Source: Candidatus Hodarchaeota archaeon
GTDB taxonomy: Archaea > Asgardarchaeota > Heimdallarchaeia > Hodarchaeales > Hodarchaeaceae
NCBI GenBank assembly: GCA_016839815.1
Contig: JAEOTM010000171.1
Location: 1-63,473, forward strand
Length of the DNA: 63,473 bases
Direction of reading: 5' to 3'
Part shown: positions 58,004 to 63,473 of the stretch, piece by piece
Layout of the letters: every line of letters starts with the position of its first letter
How positions within the stretch are numbered: the first letter of the stretch is position 1
Notes under the pieces: model-generated
Databases searched by the model: none
Seen by the model: the letters and a program-made list of their open reading frames with translations, nothing else
What the model was told of the DNA's origin: nothing
Program-made: the position numbers and the translations under genes

Positions 58004-60637
58004 TCAGGATAGTTGTGCTATTACACAGAGGAAGCCTTTGGACTTAAACCTTGAAATCGAGATTATTAGTTCAGCACTTCCCGATGATATAATAATTTTT
58101 GGCCCCTTTAAAGGATTGGTTGCTTTCTTTAAGGGGTGAAATCCAGCTTTAGATAATAAAGCTAAGCTTTCGACTAATTCCTCCTCATTATATATGTTAA
58201 TACTGGGAGTATTATTCTTTATTTTAATATTTGATTCGAATACAATATCTCGGACTAATATATCCTCTTTAAGCTGTTCTGGTATACTATTTTCTTGAAC
58301 TTCTAACAGAATTTGTGTTATCCATTCAATGGTCCCTTCTCCGTTTTGTTGAAAAGGAACTTCGGTGTGATAATCAAATTCATGTACATAATGGGAAGGA
58401 TCGTCGTCGTCAGCTTTTACACCTCTGTCTTCCGAGGATTGAATAATTCTGTCAAAAGAGGGTAATTTACGGTTACTATTTTGTGGTACTAAAATCTTAT
58501 CTTTAAACAAGTCCAGGAGTTTTTCGAATATTTCTATATATTTAAATTTAGAACTAAATAATCCATGATTTACTATTTCTTTAATGAATAGGCCTTCTGA
58601 GTTTGCTAACTGATTACTCTGCTCTTGAACCACTAATAAAAGTTCATTGTCATAATTTTCTGACTCAATTTCTTTATTAATTACTAGCGGTCCTAATAGA
58701 GATAATCCAAGGAGTTGATCTAAATCTTCAATCGCAGCTTGAAACGGATCAAGTTCTCCAACGAAATCTACAAGGTATCTTTGAAATCTCTTTTCAAAAG
58801 CATATACAAACTCCCGCCCTCGCTTTCTTAAACGATTATTGAATTTTGGGGGACGTTCAAGTATTAATGCCGTTACAGAATAATTTCCTTCAAATGTAAC
58901 TATTTTAAACGTTCTATCACCGATGTCTTCTGTAAAATCTCTTACTATCGTTCGATCCTTTACCTCTTCACTTTTCAATTCAGTAAAAAGGCTAGAAATC
59001 GCTGATAAAAATCCAGATACCAATTGTGGATCAACTTTTAACATTGAGGTGCCGAATTTAAATAAACAAATTCCCGTGAGCTTGTGTGTGATCATTATAT
59101 GCTCACAATAAAGAAGATTGACTAAATCTTTGTAATCTATGGGATTGATTGAGATTTCTGAATGCTTTAAATCAGTATCATCTTCTTGTTTCACTTCTGG
59201 GTACTCATCTATTATTTGATGTTTTTCTTCGTGTAGAGTCGTAGGAGAAATTCGGGGGATTAGATCAGGCATTTGATCTTTTTGAGGGTCAACATGTTTC
59301 GTTACTCGTGCACGAATCTGGATTTTTATTGGACTGGAAATTCCCTCCTGCAATCCCACAATAAGAGCTTCTCCTTTTGTGAGGTGAGGAAGAACAGAAA
59401 CGACACTCGAATTTATTCCCTCCATTAACCGAATCTTTGTAATATCCTTCTCAGATTTTATTCGAAGAGCAATTAAGGTATTCATATTAGCAATTATATT
59501 ATCTGGCAGATCTCCTGGTCTTTGGGAGATTAGAATCTCATATACTCCAAATTTTCTTCCTTCACGTGAAATTTGAGCAAGGATATCGCTCTTGTGCGCA
59601 AATCTGTGGGCCTCTTCTAAGATTATGAGAATTTCCTGTTCATTTGGGATATCTCCATGGATCTTTTTCTGAAAAATTTGAGTAAGAAGTTCATTCACCA
59701 GTGTATTGCGTTTTTTCTCGTCTGTATATTGATCCAAACGAATGATAGAAACTTGGTTTTTCCGTACTAGATTGGTAATATCTACTTCTTTTGTATATAC
59801 AGACTGCTTACTTAACACATTTATTTTAGATATTAAATTTTCACGTGTTTGTGTATGCATATCAGCCTTGTAAATTCTCTTTAAGATAGTATCCAATTTT
59901 TCTGGTTTTTGTATTATACTTGTTAAGACATTTTCTTGAGCTGGTGAAATTTCCAAAAGTCGTCTTAATTTTGGTAGATCGAAATGCGTTCCTAGACCAA
60001 TAGATCCTTTATCAAAGACTGTTAACTTATCGATAAACCCTTGAGGGCTGTACCCCTCTCGATTAAGAGTTTTGATTTCCTCTCCAGTATTTTCTAATCC
60101 TAAACCCCAATACTCGTTATGAACGTCAAAAAGCAGAATCGATGCATCCTTAATTTTCATGAGGATTTCTTCAAGCAGTACTCCTATACTATATGATTTT
60201 CCAGCCCCAGTACTCGCTATACACAAGACATGTCGTTCCAAAAATTGGGGTGAGATCAAGAATGGGTCAGTTGAAATAGAAGAAGTTACAATATCTCCCA
60301 AATAAATTCCCTCTTCTCCATCATAGGAAATAATTTTCGAAATCAATCCTTTTGGAGGAATTGATATTTCAGAGTTCATTGAGATAGGAATTCGACATGG
60401 ATTTAGACGAAATTCATCCATTTCAAACTCTCCAAGTATATTCGCAATCCCTTTCATCTGTTTCTCCTTCTCTTGGGATAACTTATTAACTTGAGCTAAT
60501 AGATGATTATTAGTTGACTTATTTTGATCAAAAAGGATGATATAGTCACCTTCATGCACCAAATTATCGCTGACTTCTGAGAGAAAAGTGATATTGGAAG
60601 TAGTTGTTTTTATAATCTTCATTGGTAATTCAACCAA
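58004..60637 (-). CDS. HerA/DUF87-type ATPase fused to a longin-like domain and a C-terminal extension
   Basis: HAS-barrel-like N-terminus, RH....ASTGAGKS (Walker A), D.H.EY, ILEEAH (Walker B), REGRKFG, SQRP, then HK.TGICLF...DPQLVSGFLSAISS...E longin-like domain. Confidence 0.82.
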   Translation of the reverse strand: MVELPMKIIKTTTSNITFLSEVSDNLVHEGDYIILFDQNKSTNNHLLAQVNKLSQEKEKQMKGIANILGEFEMDEFRLNPCRIPISMNSEISIPPKGLISKIISYDGEEGIYLGDIVTSSISTDPFLISPQFLERHVLCIASTGAGKSYSIGVLLEEILMKIKDASILLFDVHNEYWGLGLENTGEEIKTLNREGYSPQGFIDKLTVFDKGSIGLGTHFDLPKLRRLLEISPAQENVLTSIIQKPEKLDTILKRIYKADMHTQTRENLISKINVLSKQSVYTKEVDITNLVRKNQVSIIRLDQYTDEKKRNTLVNELLTQIFQKKIHGDIPNEQEILIILEEAHRFAHKSDILAQISREGRKFGVYEILISQRPGDLPDNIIANMNTLIALRIKSEKDITKIRLMEGINSSVVSVLPHLTKGEALIVGLQEGISSPIKIQIRARVTKHVDPQKDQMPDLIPRISPTTLHEEKHQIIDEYPEVKQEDDTDLKHSEISINPIDYKDLVNLLYCEHIMITHKLTGICLFKFGTSMLKVDPQLVSGFLSAISSLFTELKSEEVKDRTIVRDFTEDIGDRTFKIVTFEGNYSVTALILERPPKFNNRLRKRGREFVYAFEKRFQRYLVDFVGELDPFQAAIEDLDQLLGLSLLGPLVINKEIESENYDNELLLVVQEQSNQLANSEGLFIKEIVNHGLFSSKFKYIEIFEKLLDLFKDKILVPQNSNRKLPSFDRIIQSSEDRGVKADDDDPSHYVHEFDYHTEVPFQQNGEGTIEWITQILLEVQENSIPEQLKEDILVRDIVFESNIKIKNNTPSINIYNEEELVESLALLSKAGFHPLKKATNPLKGPKIIISSGSAELIISISRFKSKGFLCVIAQLS

Positions 60638-60873
60638 TTGATTTTCCTTTATGAATCTGAATATCCGTACTTTGAGAGAGTCATATTCTTTCTCTAGAGA
60701 ATATTTAATTTACCTCTTATTATGATTATAAGAGTTGAGATTGAGATAGTCATGTACGTATCCTATTCCTTCCCTAGGTTAAAGTTTTCGCAATCACAAA
60801 AGATTAATAATGAATCAATTATCTATATAAAATAATATCAACTATCTGTTACTAGATTGGAGTGTAGAAAAGA

Positions 60874-61827
60874 GTGGGCACAGATTCTCTGAAATATGAT
60901 ATGGTAATCATTGGTGCAGGACCTGCAGGAATGGCCACGGCAATTTATGCCTCTAGAATGGGTTGGAATACGCTTGTGCTCGATAAAGGGCCTGTTGGTG
61001 GATTAGCAGCAACTACACCCAAGATTGAGAATTATCCTGGCTTTAGTGAGATTACAGGGATGGAATTCGCTGACAGGTTAAAAAAACAAGCGGAAAAATT
61101 CGGTGCTGAAATAAAAGAATTGACAGAGGTAACGGATCTCAATATAGGAGAATCTGAAGTTGAAGTTATAACTCCTATTGGTAAATTCCTAGCCAATGTA
61201 ATCGTGTTGGCAATGGGTACATCCCATCGACATCTGGGTGTTCCTGGAGAGGAAAAGCTAGAAGGAAAAGGAGTTTCCTATTGTGCAACATGTGATGGAC
61301 CTTTGTATGGTTCAAGAAAAGTAATAGTTGTTGGGGGAGGTAATTCTGCTGTCACAGAAGCCCTCTATCTTGATAATGTGGTAAGAGAAGTCTCTCTCAT
61401 TCATCGTAGAGATCAATTGCGCGCAGAGGAATCACTCCAGAAAGAAATTTTAGAAAAATCAAATGTAAAGATGGTTTGGGATTCTGTAGTAACAGAGATT
61501 ATAGGAGATGAGATGACTGGGGTTAAAAAAGTCACAATCAAAAATGTGAAAACTGGGGAAGAAGAACAAAAACGAGTCAAAGCTGTATTTGTAGCTATAG
61601 GCATATTGCCAAACAATGATTTAGCAAAAAAGATTGGAGTAAATTTAAACGAAGATGGCTTAATACTGGTAGATTCAAATCAACGTACAACTATTCCTCG
61701 TGTTTATGCATGTGGTGACATAACTCCTGGCCAGGGCCAAATCTCTGTAGCTGTTGGAGAAGGAACTACAGCTGCAATTTCTGCCTTTCTTGATATGCGA
61801 GGCGGAGATTGGTATGGGAAAGAATAG
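60874..61827 (+). CDS. trxB: Thioredoxin reductase
   Basis: IIGAGPAG, IENYPG, GVSYCATCDG, VGGGNSA..EA, HRRD, ACGD. Confidence 0.95.
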   Translation: MGTDSLKYDMVIIGAGPAGMATAIYASRMGWNTLVLDKGPVGGLAATTPKIENYPGFSEITGMEFADRLKKQAEKFGAEIKELTEVTDLNIGESEVEVITPIGKFLANVIVLAMGTSHRHLGVPGEEKLEGKGVSYCATCDGPLYGSRKVIVVGGGNSAVTEALYLDNVVREVSLIHRRDQLRAEESLQKEILEKSNVKMVWDSVVTEIIGDEMTGVKKVTIKNVKTGEEEQKRVKAVFVAIGILPNNDLAKKIGVNLNEDGLILVDSNQRTTIPRVYACGDITPGQGQISVAVGEGTTAAISAFLDMRGGDWYGKE

Positions 61828-61847
61828 TAGAAATGACGCGATGATTC

Positions 61848-62354
61848 TTGCGATCTGAATCTGATAAATCATCGATTGGCATACATAAATTTTCAAATCA
61901 TTTTTCTGCATCTCACCTGTTGATAACTAAAGATTTCTCTGAAGGGTTACATGGGCATAATTATTATGTTGAAATTAAATTATCAGGGAAAATTAACGAA
62001 AGTGGGTTGATAATAAACTTCCTTGCTATAGATAAAATCATAACTGATATTCTTTCGGAATGGGATCATTACACCTTACTTCCCAAGATGAATAATATTC
62101 TAAAAATACAAGAAAGTGGGAACAATGTTGATTTGGAAGCTGGAGACCAATTTTATTCTATACCCAAAGACGAAGTAGTACTACTGGAGTGCGAGAATGT
62201 TACAGCAGAATATTTAGCGAAATTTGTAGCATTTCAAGTAAAAAAGGCTTTACAGAGCATTCACGAAGAACACGGCATTCAAAGAATTAGTGTTATTCTA
62301 TGGGAGACTCCAACGTATTATGCAACTTATTCCACTCAACTAGCTGGTGATTGA
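61848..62354 (+). CDS. 6-pyruvoyl-tetrahydropterin synthase family protein, PTPS-III-type motif
   Basis: FSASH, EGLHGHNY, DH..L, TAE.LA, WET. Glu rather than Cys precedes HGH. Confidence 0.87.
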   Translation: MRSESDKSSIGIHKFSNHFSASHLLITKDFSEGLHGHNYYVEIKLSGKINESGLIINFLAIDKIITDILSEWDHYTLLPKMNNILKIQESGNNVDLEAGDQFYSIPKDEVVLLECENVTAEYLAKFVAFQVKKALQSIHEEHGIQRISVILWETPTYYATYSTQLAGD

Positions 62355-63135
62355 AATCAATATAGCTTAAATTTGGGAATCCTGGAATAGGTTCTCCTGA
62401 AAAAGTTAAATTAAACCGATCTCCCTTATGGATATGTTTGTAAGAGTCAAGAAGAGAGAGTGCAATCTTAAACTTCTCCCGTTTTCTGGCACGATCCTTC
62501 TTAATACGTAAATTTCGCGTACTATATTCTCCAATTTCTTCTCCAAAATCAAAACCAATAAGACCAATAATGGGTGATTGAAAGTGGAATGAAAGAAAAA
62601 TAGCTCTATCCCCATCTGTAAATCCCCCAAAATTAAATAAAGTGGTATCCAGGCTATTTTGTGTAGTACCCCAAATGTTGATGCTTTGGTTTTGAAAATT
62701 CTCTTCCTTAAAGAATTGCTGTATTAGGTTTCGATTATCTCCATGTGCATGTATGAGAGTAATAGCTCCTCTTGAAATTGCCCAACGAATTGCTGACCAT
62801 TCCCCATCTAAATCTGTGATTACAATATCTGGATCAATCTGTAGTTTTTGGAATAAGGAACAACTCCCATCGACGGCCAGTAGAACATTACCATCTAAGT
62901 TAATATGTTGTACACAATGCTCTAAATCCGTTTCAAGGGAAGGTCCAGCTCCTGCTATTAAAATTGGATGTTTCATTAACTGAACGATTTTTTCTAAGAT
63001 TAAATTCGCTCTATATGAGAGCTTACTTAATAGAAAGGTTTCCAATTCATATGTGGACGCGATATCCTCCTCTATATTCAGATTAAGGGTGGAGACAATC
63101 CTTAAATACTCATTATTCCACTTATCTAACTGCAT
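62293..63135 (-). CDS. mptE: 6-hydroxymethyl-7,8-dihydropterin pyrophosphokinase (DUF115)
   Basis: GAGPSL, DG, PD.V.TDLDG, HAHGDN, GTTQ, NFGGFTDGDRA, GFDF. Confidence 0.9.
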   Translation of the reverse strand: MQLDKWNNEYLRIVSTLNLNIEEDIASTYELETFLLSKLSYRANLILEKIVQLMKHPILIAGAGPSLETDLEHCVQHINLDGNVLLAVDGSCSLFQKLQIDPDIVITDLDGEWSAIRWAISRGAITLIHAHGDNRNLIQQFFKEENFQNQSINIWGTTQNSLDTTLFNFGGFTDGDRAIFLSFHFQSPIIGLIGFDFGEEIGEYSTRNLRIKKDRARKREKFKIALSLLDSYKHIHKGDRFNLTFSGEPIPGFPNLSYIDFNHQLVEWNKLHNTLESPIE

Positions 63136-63358
63136 TTAGGTTTATCCATTGACTATTAGAATCTAAAGACTAGTTTCCTGTTGATCTATTTAACTACAAA
63201 AGCCTACCGTTCTGTATAATTTATTTCCTTCCCTAAAATTCTTTCTAACTATAGAAGCTAAATATATAAAGATTCTTGAAAATGCCCCAACTGGTTTGTA
63301 ATCTCGCAAACAGACGTCTTGTGCTGAAACACGCGCTAAAATATCCTGTGAGATATTG

Positions 63359-63473
63359 CCGAAAGTTAAGTCAGGCTCCGTTCTGATCTGTACTGTTGTG
63401 CTCGCGCCTACGGGAAAATCGGAAAGCTGAAGGTTCTTCGGCCAAAGGGCCTGAGTCACACCCGGTCTCATTC
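63359..63473 (+). rRNA. rrf: 5S rRNA in permuted order (3' half 63359-63432, then 5' half 63436 to window end); truncated by the window edge
   Basis: 3'-half hallmarks: AAGTTAAG, loop E TGTACT/GGGAA, helix V TTCTGAT/ATCGGAA. 5'-half hallmarks: CGGCCAAAG, ACACCCGGTCTCATTC. Helix II GGGCCTGA/TCAGGCTC and helix I CTTCGGC/GCTGAAG are complementary between the halves. Confidence 0.85.

Noticed and set aside
58004-60637. HerA as part of the NurA-Mre11-Rad50 repair operon or a Sir2-HerA defence system
   Set aside because: None of the partner genes is adjacent, and the protein has an atypical longin fusion.
63190-63471. 93-aa minus-strand ORF
   Set aside because: Antisense shadow of the 5S rRNA sequence; no protein motif.
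1-63473. CRISPR array, integrase or provirus
   Set aside because: No regularly spaced direct repeats, cas genes, integrase or capsid genes were seen by eye.

Overview
AT-rich archaeal chromosome segment. The gene content points to an Asgard archaeon, probably Heimdallarchaeia/Hodarchaeales-like (inference from eL22, eL38, an ARPC4-like protein, Roadblock and longin domains, a Urm1-like protein and a histone). Most of the window is core housekeeping: cofE, argF, pelota, pth2, uL16, dnaG, ftsZ, lonB, HPS/PHI, aIF5A, nob1, the proteasome-exosome superoperon, cdc48, EF-1beta and trxB. The most unusual elements read from the sequence are: (1) a 5S rRNA at the window end whose 3' half precedes its 5' half, joined through a 3-nt loop that closes helix I (circularly permuted or concatemeric); (2) a solo TnpB with a rearranged, Fanzor-like RuvC, bounded by 22-bp imperfect terminal inverted repeats and inserted at the hps start codon; (3) five tRNA genes that all carry introns, six in total, five of them at non-canonical positions (59/60, about 20a/21, about 41/42); (4) a convergent pair of a polytopic membrane protein and a HerA-type ATPase, both fused to longin-like domains; (5) a cell-surface locus with a pilin, a membrane-tethered wHTH regulator and two PGF-CTERM-like proteins, next to Roadblock and ARPC4-like genes; (6) an unannotated rod-like structured RNA candidate downstream of dnaG. 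All calls come from manual motif reading; no database searches were run.
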